Below are positions 29,148 to 38,151 of a DNA stretch of 64,000 nt, in pieces. How positions within the stretch are numbered: position 1 is the stretch's first letter; every line of letters starts with the position of its first letter. The DNA is from Alphaproteobacteria bacterium (GTDB lineage: Bacteria > Pseudomonadota > Alphaproteobacteria > CBDDJK01): positions 2,506,944 to 2,570,943 of the forward strand of contig OZ245892.1 in the NCBI GenBank assembly GCA_965229605.1, in the 5' to 3' direction. Below the pieces are notes generated by a model. The model had not been told where the DNA came from. It did no database searches and was given only the letters and a program-made list of their open reading frames with translations. The position numbers and the translations under genes were made by a program.

Positions 29148-30410
29148 TCAAACTGATTGTGTGACCTGCAAATCCCGGATTGCGGTATGCGCCAGATTGA
29201 TCGCCGCCTCCCGGTCCGGGCCGCAAGCAAGCACCGCCCCCATACGCGCGGTGTGATTTTCCATCGGTTCAATCACATCGCCCGGCCCCCGGTGCAAGCG
29301 GCAAAATAGAATATCTGGATGACCCAGCAATCGGGCTTCGCCTTCAATTGAATCGATCCGGCCGGGTTCGGCAAAAATATAGCGGATGGCCAGGCCGCGC
29401 GGGGAACGGCGCGGGGTCAAAGCCTCAAAGGATGCGGCTTTCTCTTTATCAAAACGCCCGCAGCACAGGCTTAAAACCGTGCCAATCAGATCAACCCCGA
29501 AAGCAAAGGGAATCTGGTCGGTCGCCAGATAGCCGCCAGATAGCCGCAAGGCCACTTCAATCACCGCTGGCCCGTCCGGCCCGACAACAATATCGCCTTT
29601 AACCGGGCCGGTCTCTTGCCCAAGAACGGCCCCGGCCTTTAGGGCCAGAAGCTCTGCTTGTTCCTGCACCGCTTCAGAAACCACTGGCGGATACTGACCA
29701 CCATCTTCGATAATAAAAGGGTGAAACTGTTGCATTCGTTCATAATTGCGCTCGACAAGACCAATCGGAAAGGGCTTTTTATCAATCAACAACCCTTCGG
29801 TGGAAAGCTGCACGCCGGGGATAAATTGTTCAATCATCGCCCGACTGCTTGAAGAATTGCCAAGCGCACGTTCCAGCGCGGCCTGGCGCATATCCGTGGA
29901 ATCCGAAGCGGTTAAACGGCTGACTCCGCGCGCCCCCCGGCTATCCACCGGCTTGACCACAATGGCGGGATAGCGGCGCAACCAGACATCAATCTCTGTG
30001 ACCGAGGTCAAAGGCGCATAATCCGGCACCGGCAGCCCGGCCTTGACCAGCCGATCTTTCATCGCCAGCTTGTCCGATGACAAGGCTGCAGCTTGCGGGC
30101 TTACGCCCGGCAGGCCCAGCCCTTTTGCCAGATGGGCAAGCGTGCGCGGCGCATCGGTGCCGACTGATGTTACCCCGTCAATGCGTCCGCCTGCTTTCAA
30201 ATAGGAACGGCAGCGTTTCAAACATTGCTTTTCGTCATAGATTGAAGCCAAAAGCGCGACATCTGCCATCAACATGCCGGGCGCATTGGTCCGTGTATCA
30301 AGCACAATCAGCCGATAGCCCAGTGCGCGGGCATGAAGCAGGGCAGGCACGGCTTCAAGGCTGCCGCCCACAAAAAGCACGGCGGGATGACTATCTCTAT
30401 CCCCCATCAT
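29148..30410 (-). CDS. ATP-grasp domain protein
   Basis: DKLAMK, VVKPVDSRGARGV, IEQFIPG, KGDIV, VIEVALRLSGG. Confidence 0.85.
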   Translation of the reverse strand: MMGDRDSHPAVLFVGGSLEAVPALLHARALGYRLIVLDTRTNAPGMLMADVALLASIYDEKQCLKRCRSYLKAGGRIDGVTSVGTDAPRTLAHLAKGLGLPGVSPQAAALSSDKLAMKDRLVKAGLPVPDYAPLTSVTEIDVWLRRYPAIVVKPVDSRGARGVSRLTASDSTDMRQAALERALGNSSSSRAMIEQFIPGVQLSTEGLLIDKKPFPIGLVERNYERMQQFHPFIIEDGGQYPPVVSEAVQEQAELLALKAGAVLGQETGPVKGDIVVGPDGPAVIEVALRLSGGYLATDQIPFAFGVDLIGTVLSLCCGRFDKEKAASFEALTPRRSPRGLAIRYIFAEPGRIDSIEGEARLLGHPDILFCRLHRGPGDVIEPMENHTARMGAVLACGPDREAAINLAHTAIRDLQVTQSV

Positions 30411-31144
30411 CAGCCGCCACCGCCGTCAAGATTGATGCATTGCCCGGTGACATAGCCCGCCTGGCGCGAGACCAGAAATTCAACCATGGCGGCAACATCT
30501 TGCGGGGTGCCAAGCCGACCGGCCGGGATCGCAGCCACACGCTTTGCGGCTTCCGGGCGGGAGAGTTCGTTGCGGCTCAAGTCGGTTTCAACCAGCCCGA
30601 TAGCAATCGCATTGGCGGTGATTCCCTTTCCGGCATAAAGCCGCGATAGGGAGCGGGCGAGATTAATCTGCCCGGCTTTTGCGGCGGCATAGTGAGGCTG
30701 ATAGACCCCGCCGGTTTGTGCGCCAACCGATGAAATATGGACAATCCGACCAAAGCCTGCCTCCAGCATTGGCGGGATCATTTCCTGAGCCAGAATAAAA
30801 TTGCTTTTGAGATTAACCGCAAGCATCCGGTCCCAGTCCTGATCGGTCAATTCAAGAAAATCAACGGGCTGGGCAATTCCGGCATTATTGATCAGCCCCA
30901 GGGCCGGGGTCTTGAAATGTCTGTTGGCGGTGTGCAGGGCTTGTTTGACAGCTTGTCGGTCGGTGACATCAAAGCGCAGGGCCAGGCTGGTTTCGGGATA
31001 TTGTTTGGCCAAAGCAAGGGCCCCGTCCTGGCTGTTCAGATAGCCGATAATGACCGGGTAGCCCGCTTGAAGCAACCGTTCGGCAATCGCCTGTCCGATG
31101 CCACGTCCGGCCCCGGTGACAAGCAAGGGGAAGTTTATGTCCAT
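30410..31144 (-). CDS. SDR oxidoreductase (FabG/acetoacetyl-CoA reductase-like)
   Basis: TGAGRGIG, INNAGI, HYAAAKAG; TGATG overlaps with both neighbours. Confidence 0.88.
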   Translation of the reverse strand: MDINFPLLVTGAGRGIGQAIAERLLQAGYPVIIGYLNSQDGALALAKQYPETSLALRFDVTDRQAVKQALHTANRHFKTPALGLINNAGIAQPVDFLELTDQDWDRMLAVNLKSNFILAQEMIPPMLEAGFGRIVHISSVGAQTGGVYQPHYAAAKAGQINLARSLSRLYAGKGITANAIAIGLVETDLSRNELSRPEAAKRVAAIPAGRLGTPQDVAAMVEFLVSRQAGYVTGQCINLDGGGG

Positions 31145-32088
31145 CACAAAATATACTCCATAAACCACAGGATAAGGCTGATAGAAAAGAGGCTGAGGAC
31201 GGTTGACAGGAAGATGGCGGTTGTTGCGAAGTTTCGTCCTGCATCATATCGTTCTGCCATGATTGAGGCAATAATGCCGGAGGGCATACTTGCGGTCAGC
31301 ACAGCTCCTTTGACCCAGAGGTCGGGCAGTTCAAAGAGGTAATAGGCGAATATAAAGACGCAAGCTGGCATGACGAGGAGTTTAACGGCGATGAGGACGG
31401 CGTTTTGGGCGATTCGCCCGGCGATTCGGTATCGGGTGAGGGTTGCGCCGAGGGTGAAGAGAGCGACGGGGGCGACGGCGTCCTGCATGAGTTTGCAGAG
31501 GTGATCGACGGGGCCGGGGAGGGTGACGTCAAAGACATTGAGGGTGAGTCCGGTGACGACTCCGATGATTGGCGGCGAGTGGAGGAGCGAGCGTGCGGTT
31601 GCGTTAAATCGCCCGAGCACATTGAGTCCGGGTTCTTGCTTGGCGATTTCGAGGAGGACGGTCGACAGCGTAATAAAGCAGAGTCCGTGGATTGAGACGA
31701 TGATGAAGTATGGCACACTGCCTTCATCGCCGTAGAGGGTAATGACGACGGCGAAACCGATCAGGACGGTATTTCCGAAGCTGAATCCGAGTCCGGTTAT
31801 GACGCTTCCGGCGAGGTCACGGTTGAAGGCGAGTTTTCCGATGAGCAGGCCGAGGGTAAAGATGGAGATCATTGGCACATAGTAGGAGACGAGCAGCCGC
31901 CAGCTTTCGCCAAGCGACAGATCGGCGATGGAGAGGTTACGCATCAGCGTGAGCGGGATTGCGATTTCGAGGGCAAAGCGGGTGAGTCCGACCTGTGCGG
32001 ATTCGCTGAGGCCAAAGCGTTTGGCGGCGATATAGCCGATGGCGACCAGCATCAGGATAGGCGTCAGGGTTTCAAGGACCAGAATCAT
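31144..32088 (-). CDS. AEC (auxin efflux carrier/MleP) family transporter
   Basis: About 10 TM; FGNTVLIG, PVALFTLG, KLLVMP, ASMPSG, STVLS. Confidence 0.88.
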   Translation of the reverse strand: MILVLETLTPILMLVAIGYIAAKRFGLSESAQVGLTRFALEIAIPLTLMRNLSIADLSLGESWRLLVSYYVPMISIFTLGLLIGKLAFNRDLAGSVITGLGFSFGNTVLIGFAVVITLYGDEGSVPYFIIVSIHGLCFITLSTVLLEIAKQEPGLNVLGRFNATARSLLHSPPIIGVVTGLTLNVFDVTLPGPVDHLCKLMQDAVAPVALFTLGATLTRYRIAGRIAQNAVLIAVKLLVMPACVFIFAYYLFELPDLWVKGAVLTASMPSGIIASIMAERYDAGRNFATTAIFLSTVLSLFSISLILWFMEYIL

Positions 32089-32127
32089 TATGTGTCTTTA
32101 GTGTTTTTATGTCTTTTGGGGGGATTT

Positions 32128-35100
32128 TTAGAACATATCATCAATCGCACGGGTATTTTCAGAAGTTTCCAGAAAATCACTTGTTAAGCGAATGGCTTCA
32201 GCAATACCGACCCGCATCGGTGACACGCCTTCGGGAAACGCCGACATCAGGCGCGACGGAAAGCGTCGGTCGAGCATAACAAAGACGCCGCTGTCCTGTT
32301 CGGTGCGGATCAGGCGACCAAAGGCCTGGCGCAGTTTTCCTTTTGTCATTTCATCATCAAACCCGTTGCTGCTGCCAAACACATCCTTGAAGTGATCACG
32401 CCGGGCGCGGTGAAGAATGGTTGGACGCGGCCAGGGGGTCTTGTCAAACATCAAAAGCCGCAGGCTGCGCCCTGGCACATCAATCCCGTCCCGCACGGCA
32501 TCGGTTCCAAATAAACAGGCATCGGTTTCGGCCCGGAAAATATCAATCAGGCTGGTTGTGCTCATCTTGTCAATATGCTGGGCATAAAGCGGCAGTCCTT
32601 CGGATTCAAGCGCGCCAGCAATCCGCCCATGGACGGCGCGTAAACGTCCAATCGCCGTAAAAAGCCCCAATGCGCCGCCGCCAGCCGCTATCGTCAGTTT
32701 CAGCATGGCCCGGGCCAGCACATCAATATCCTGCGGGTCAAGATCATTGACCAGAAGCACCCGCGTCATTTTTCCATAAGCAAAAGGCGAGACCACCTGC
32801 ACCCGCAAGGCCGGATCGGATTGATGGCGGGTGCCGGTCAGGGCTTCGGCCATCGCCCAGTTCCGTGTGTCAGGCGAATTCGACTCCTTTATATCCGCCG
32901 CGCTGGTTAATGTTGCAGACGTAATCAGGGCCCCGTGCGCCGCATCGTAAAAAACCCGGGCAAAAGGCCGGGACGGGTCCAGCCAGTGCCGCGAAATCCC
33001 GACATCCTGCGCCCGCCCGCCTTGCCGGTTGAGCATATACCAGTCAATAAAGTCAGAATCAGGCCCCGAAATAGACTCAGAGTCCTCCTTGATCGCGTGC
33101 AGCAGCCCGGCCCAGGCCTGCACCGGACCCACCACCCGTTGTTCAAGGATACGACAAGTCTGTTCCAGCCGGAATCGCTGATCGGTTTCAAGAATATCCA
33201 TCGCCTCGACCAGGACCTGATTGAATTGCGCCAGCAGACGCGCCGCATATCTTTCCATATCCACCAACACCTGAATCGATTGATCAAGCGCAGGCAAAAG
33301 GGCTGGTTCCGGGGCAATCGTCAGTTCCAGGTCAAACCCGCCTTCGCGCTCCCGCGGGGCGGCACGTTTCATCACCAGCCGGAAAATCTGGTGCAAAAGC
33401 TCTTCAACCGGGCCTATGCAAGCTGAAGAAAGCTGTAGCGAAGGTTGCAAGGCATTTTGTAAAGGGTTTTCACCCGACTTATCTTCATCCATATTCTTGT
33501 CTGTTTCCAGATCAAAAATACGCCGCCGCCAGTCCTGATCCGGCAGCTGACTGGCTGCCCGGGCCAGCCCCGCCAGATCCTCGCGCAAAGACAATGGTTT
33601 TTTCCCGGACCCTTCCTTATTATCTGGTGACTCTTGCCAGACCTCGGCAATCGCCATGCCTTCTTCCAGCCGTTCGGCAAGGCCTTTTGCCCGGCCTGAC
33701 CGGCTCTGTTCATTGCCGCGAATATACCGGCGCAGCCATTCGGTCTCTTGCCCGCAAAAACGAATCGAAAAGGCCGAATCTGCCGCCTCAAACAGATGAT
33801 GCCCCTCGTCAAAAACAAAACGGGCACTATCAAAAAACTCCGGCTGGGTCTGGCGCATCACCAGCGCATGATTGGCGATCACCAGATCCGCCCGTATGGA
33901 GGCCCGTTTGGTCCGCTCAATAAAACACCGCCGATAATGCGGGCAGGCCGAATAAATACACTCACCGCGCTTGTCATGAAGCTGGTAAAGCCGCTTTGCC
34001 CCCAATAATTCACCAAGCCAGCCCGGAAAATCCCCCCCGGTCAGATCACCGCTTGTCGTTGCCGATAAAAAACGGGCAATCAGGCCAAGACCCGCCGTGC
34101 CTTCTGGCAAAAACCCGATACCTGCCACCAGTTCTTCATAATTCAGCAGGCATAGGTAATTCTCGCGGCCCTTGCGCACAACCACCCGCTCGGCCCGCAA
34201 CTGCGGGTCGGGATAAATGCGATTGAGTTCATCCTCAATCTGTTGCTGCAAATTGCGGGTAAAGGTTGAAATCCACACCGGCCCCTTGTTCTTGACCGCC
34301 CAGGACAGCGCCGGGGCGATATAACCCAGCGTCTTTCCCGTCCCGGTTCCGGCTTCTGCCAGCACAAGATTGGCCCCGTCTTCGGATTTTCGCGGCTGAA
34401 AGGCTTCGGTGACTGCTTCGGCATAATCGGCCTGTCCGGGACGGCTGCTAAACCCGGCCTGGTTAAGCACCATATCAAGGGCCGATCTTGCCTCCCCCCC
34501 GGTGACCGGCTGATCGCTTGGCGACAGCGGCGGGGCGCGTTCCGCCCATTCAGGCAATCCCTGCCAGACTTCCAGCCCCGAGCGGAAGAACGATGGTGTA
34601 TTTTGCGTGCTATTGTCTGATTCCTGCGCATCAGAACCATCTGCAAAACCTGTAGCTTCGCGCAGAACTTTGGCCCAGGGCCAATTCGCCGCCTGCATCG
34701 CTTCAATCAGCGCGAAAAGCTGATGACGTTTGCTGTCATTGGCACTGGCGACTTCTGCCTTGAAATCATCGATCAGGGCCTGCGCCGAATGAAACAGGCT
34801 TGCTGCCGCCAGATCGCTTGAAGAACCAGCAGCGATTGCTTTTTTGCCAGAGGGAGCCACTGCTTCAGCCACCCCGGCCGGGGTGGGCAGGCAAAAGCTG
34901 GCCGGACGAACAAAAGCAAATAATTCCAAAAGATCATAGCCTGCCAGCGGCCCGCTTACCCCAAGCCGCGCCGCAACCGATAGCCCATGGCAAAAAAGCA
35001 GGTTGGGCGATTGCGCCTTCGCTTTCTTGCGGGCTTCTTCTAATGGCAGGTGGGCGGCTTCTTGCGGGTCAAATGGGGAAAAAAACACCGCTTCGGTCTG

Positions 35101-35244
35101 TCCGGGAATCACGCCGACAAGCGACTGCATCGCGTCCGATAAATTCCGGGATAAATGGGACCCCGGACCCAGGCGGGGCGGACTCACGGATATATCCCCC
35201 GCTTGCGGGCCATCTGTTGCCGCCGGTTCAAGAAATTTTTGCAA
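32128..35244 (-). CDS. ATP-dependent DNA helicase, DinG/YoaA family
   Basis: EAGTGTGKT, KGRENYLC, Fe-S cysteines (C.YSACPHYRRC), ANHAL, FDEGH, TSATL, DGIDVPG, QAFGRLIR. Confidence 0.92.
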   Translation of the reverse strand: MQKFLEPAATDGPQAGDISVSPPRLGPGSHLSRNLSDAMQSLVGVIPGQTEAVFFSPFDPQEAAHLPLEEARKKAKAQSPNLLFCHGLSVAARLGVSGPLAGYDLLELFAFVRPASFCLPTPAGVAEAVAPSGKKAIAAGSSSDLAAASLFHSAQALIDDFKAEVASANDSKRHQLFALIEAMQAANWPWAKVLREATGFADGSDAQESDNSTQNTPSFFRSGLEVWQGLPEWAERAPPLSPSDQPVTGGEARSALDMVLNQAGFSSRPGQADYAEAVTEAFQPRKSEDGANLVLAEAGTGTGKTLGYIAPALSWAVKNKGPVWISTFTRNLQQQIEDELNRIYPDPQLRAERVVVRKGRENYLCLLNYEELVAGIGFLPEGTAGLGLIARFLSATTSGDLTGGDFPGWLGELLGAKRLYQLHDKRGECIYSACPHYRRCFIERTKRASIRADLVIANHALVMRQTQPEFFDSARFVFDEGHHLFEAADSAFSIRFCGQETEWLRRYIRGNEQSRSGRAKGLAERLEEGMAIAEVWQESPDNKEGSGKKPLSLREDLAGLARAASQLPDQDWRRRIFDLETDKNMDEDKSGENPLQNALQPSLQLSSACIGPVEELLHQIFRLVMKRAAPREREGGFDLELTIAPEPALLPALDQSIQVLVDMERYAARLLAQFNQVLVEAMDILETDQRFRLEQTCRILEQRVVGPVQAWAGLLHAIKEDSESISGPDSDFIDWYMLNRQGGRAQDVGISRHWLDPSRPFARVFYDAAHGALITSATLTSAADIKESNSPDTRNWAMAEALTGTRHQSDPALRVQVVSPFAYGKMTRVLLVNDLDPQDIDVLARAMLKLTIAAGGGALGLFTAIGRLRAVHGRIAGALESEGLPLYAQHIDKMSTTSLIDIFRAETDACLFGTDAVRDGIDVPGRSLRLLMFDKTPWPRPTILHRARRDHFKDVFGSSNGFDDEMTKGKLRQAFGRLIRTEQDSGVFVMLDRRFPSRLMSAFPEGVSPMRVGIAEAIRLTSDFLETSENTRAIDDMF

Positions 35245-35247
35245 TCG

Positions 35248-36111
35248 TCAGGTATTTTTATGTGTCGTGTTTTTAGGGGCAGTTCTTTTAGAGGGCGCAT
35301 TTTTAGTTTTGGTTTTTGCCACCGCTTTTTTCAGCACGGCAATTTCCTGACGTAAAAGGGCAATCTCGTCGCGCAAGGGGTCGCAATCTTCACGCTCGAC
35401 CGGCATTCCATAAGGACTGAATTGAGGGCTGGACGCCTGATCAGGTTCAGATGAAGCAGCCGGTGCGTTAACAGGACGCGCTGGAATCCCGACCATCGTA
35501 TCACCCGGCGCAACATCTTTAACAACCACCGCATTGGCCCCGATTCGCGCACCTTTGCCAACCGTGATCGGCCCCAGAATCTGTGCCCCGGAACCGACAA
35601 TCACTTCATCCTCCAAGGTCGGATGGCGCTTGAGATCGCGCTGGTCATCCGCATTTTCAGACGGCGACACCCCGCCAAGCGTCACATCATGGTAAAGCGT
35701 CACATTCTTGCCAATCTCGGCAGTTTCGCCAATCACCACCCCCATGCCATGATCAATAAAAAGCCCGGACCCGATTTTGGCGCCGGGATGAATCTCGATA
35801 CCGGTCAGCCAGCGGGCAAGCTGCGAGATATAGCGCGCAAGCACAAACCAGCGTCGCCGATAAAGCGGATGGCTCAGCCAATAAAGCAGCACCGCATGAA
35901 AGGAGGGATAAAGCAAGATGACCTCCAGACGGCTGCGGGCCGCCGGATCACGGGCGATGATGCCATCGACCTCGGCCAGTAAACGCGCAATAAAAGACGG
36001 CGGCGGACGCATCTGTGTCGCCTTTACTTTTTGTGAATCGGTCTTCGGCGAGTCTTCTCCTGCACCGGATTCTTTATCAAAACTATCCTCGGCTCTGATG
36101 TCTGCGCTCAT
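35248..36111 (-). CDS. cysE: Serine O-acetyltransferase
   Basis: [42 protein letters not shown]. Confidence 0.95.
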   Translation of the reverse strand: MSADIRAEDSFDKESGAGEDSPKTDSQKVKATQMRPPPSFIARLLAEVDGIIARDPAARSRLEVILLYPSFHAVLLYWLSHPLYRRRWFVLARYISQLARWLTGIEIHPGAKIGSGLFIDHGMGVVIGETAEIGKNVTLYHDVTLGGVSPSENADDQRDLKRHPTLEDEVIVGSGAQILGPITVGKGARIGANAVVVKDVAPGDTMVGIPARPVNAPAASSEPDQASSPQFSPYGMPVEREDCDPLRDEIALLRQEIAVLKKAVAKTKTKNAPSKRTAPKNTTHKNT

Positions 36112-36211
36112 CTTTCGTCCTTATTTCTGTGCCAGCAAAACCAACTCTTTCTATAAACCAAACCCTATAAAGTAAACAGGACCCAATTTCAAAACGCGAT
36201 TTCTTGCGCCT

Positions 36212-36241
36212 CTTGAAAACAGCCAAAACAACCCTACATAT
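36212..36241 (+). promoter_or_regulatory. RpoH (sigma32) promoter
   Basis: CTTGAA...CCTACATAT upstream of a small heat shock protein gene, matching the alphaproteobacterial RpoH pattern. Confidence 0.65.
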
Positions 36242-36250
36242 AAACCACAA

Positions 36251-36312
36251 GAGGTCGGCCATAATGGAGACCTCAAAACACCTATTGCTCTAACCTATGG
36301 AGGATAGCTATG
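36251..36312 (+). promoter_or_regulatory. ROSE-type RNA thermometer
   Basis: 5' hairpin GAGGTC/GACCTC; 3' hairpin CTATTGCTC pairs with GAGGATAG (SD), with the bulged G of the UUGCU motif. Confidence 0.8.
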
Positions 36313-36810
36313 CGTACCTTTGATCTCTCACCGCTGTTTCGAACCTCGGTCGGATATGACCGGATGGCCCGACTGCTCGACAGTATGGCCAGCGAACCAA
36401 CAGCCTCATACCCGCCCTATAATATCGAAAAACTCTCCGATGAAGCCTATATCATCACAATGGCTGTCGCCGGTTTCCGCGAAGAAGACCTGGATATTCA
36501 GGTTCAGGAAAACCAGCTGACCATCGCAGGGCGACTGCAAACAGACGAAAATCAACCCGATGAGCGAGTCTTTCTTTACCGCGGCATTGCTGAACGCGCC
36601 TTTGAACGGCGTTTCTCGCTTGCCGACCATATCAAGGTCAGTGGCGCACGCCTGAACGACGGACTCTTGCACGTCGATCTGGTCCGGGAAGTCCCCGAAG
36701 CCGCTAAACCGCGCCGGGTTGAAATCACCAATGCGGTGTCTGAGCCGGTTCAACAGAAAATCGAGCCGCAAAACAAGGCCTCCACCCGAAAGGTCAAAGC
36801 GGCGGCTTAA
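36310..36810 (+). CDS. ibpA: Small heat shock protein (Hsp20)
   Basis: FDLSPLFR, YPPYNIE, MAVAGF, LYRGIAERAFERRF, GLLHVDLVREVPE. Confidence 0.93.
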   Translation: MRTFDLSPLFRTSVGYDRMARLLDSMASEPTASYPPYNIEKLSDEAYIITMAVAGFREEDLDIQVQENQLTIAGRLQTDENQPDERVFLYRGIAERAFERRFSLADHIKVSGARLNDGLLHVDLVREVPEAAKPRRVEITNAVSEPVQQKIEPQNKASTRKVKAAA

Positions 36811-36901
36811 GGAGCCTTCAGCCACATAAAAAAACAACAAGATGTTCAGTCGTTACCTTTAACAGGCGATAACTGTTCACTTAACAAACGTGGGGCAAAT
36901 T

Positions 36902-36933
36902 GGCGGGAGACCTTCCGGGTCTCCCGCTTTTTT
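36902..36933 (+). terminator. Rho-independent terminator
   Basis: GCGGGAGACC-loop-GGTCTCCCGC followed by a T run. Confidence 0.85.
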
Positions 36934-36996
36934 ATTTGAAGCTGACAAAAAATATGGCAAAAGCAACAGACTCAAAAGCAGCAGATAACAAAACCA

Positions 36997-38145
36997 ATGA
37001 CCAAAACAGACGAACGCCATATTGAACGCCATATCGAAAGCTGGACTGACAGTTATTTCAAACGCACCCGCAGCATCATCGAAGCACACGGGGATGTCCG
37101 GGTGACCTATGCCGTCTTTATGCGCCGACCCGTGGTGCTGGCCCCGCGCCTGGCAGTGGACTGGCTCCATTCTGTCGCAAAGGACCGAAAAACCACCTTT
37201 GATATCGAAGTTTTACACCCCGAAGGCAGCTGGGTCGGCGCCGGGGACCCGCTTTTATATGTTTCAGGGGCTTTCAGTCAGCTGGTTGAACTTGAAACCC
37301 TGATGCTGCAAAAACTTGGGGCCGCCTCGGTTGCCGCCTATAATGCCGCCCTTATGGTCCAGGACTTGCCAAAAACCGCCTTTATTGCCATGGATGCCCG
37401 CCATTGCGCCGGGACTGAAATGGCTGAAATGATGGCCTATGCGGCCTCGGTCGGGTCCGCACGCGGCAAAAAAGAATCCCGGGCCACCGGATTTATCGGC
37501 AATGCAACCGATGCCACCGCCCATTATTTCGGCAATGAAACCGGCCTTGGAACCATGCCTCATGCGCTGGTCGGCTATGCCGGATCAACACTCAAGGCCT
37601 GCACGCTTTTCCACGAAACCCACCCGACCATGCCCCTGACCGCTCTGGTTGACTATTTCGGGCAGGAAATCACCGATGCACTTGAAGTTTCTGGCCATTT
37701 TCCCGATCTTGCAACGACCGGAAAACTCTCTATCCGGCTGGATACTCCCGGAAGCCGCTTTATTGAAGGGTTAGACCCAACCCGCAGCTATCAGGTGCTT
37801 GACCGCCATGCCCCGCGCTCAACCCGGGGCTATCGCAGCGAAAGCGAATTGCAGCATTTGATCGGACCCGGCGTTTCAGCCGCAGCCGTCTGGCATTTGC
37901 GTGAACGACTGGATGCCGCTGGCTATCGCCAAGTCAAAATCGTCTGCTCCTCCGGCTTTGGACTTGAAAAATGCCGGGTGATGGCTCTGGCAGATGCCCC
38001 GGTCGATGTGATTGGAACCGGAAGCTATCTGCCGCAATCCTGGCAAGAGACCTATGCAACCGCTGATATCATCGCCTATGACGGACAGGCCCGGGTGAAA
38101 ACAGGCCGGGAGTTCTTGTTGCGTGGCAAATCGGTTGAATCCTGA
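36997..38145 (+). CDS. Nicotinate phosphoribosyltransferase-family protein
   Basis: TDSYF, MDARH, GTMPHAL, LVDYFG, IRLDT, SSGF, GTGS. Confidence 0.8.
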   Translation: MTKTDERHIERHIESWTDSYFKRTRSIIEAHGDVRVTYAVFMRRPVVLAPRLAVDWLHSVAKDRKTTFDIEVLHPEGSWVGAGDPLLYVSGAFSQLVELETLMLQKLGAASVAAYNAALMVQDLPKTAFIAMDARHCAGTEMAEMMAYAASVGSARGKKESRATGFIGNATDATAHYFGNETGLGTMPHALVGYAGSTLKACTLFHETHPTMPLTALVDYFGQEITDALEVSGHFPDLATTGKLSIRLDTPGSRFIEGLDPTRSYQVLDRHAPRSTRGYRSESELQHLIGPGVSAAAVWHLRERLDAAGYRQVKIVCSSGFGLEKCRVMALADAPVDVIGTGSYLPQSWQETYATADIIAYDGQARVKTGREFLLRGKSVES

Positions 38146-38151
38146 CGATTG

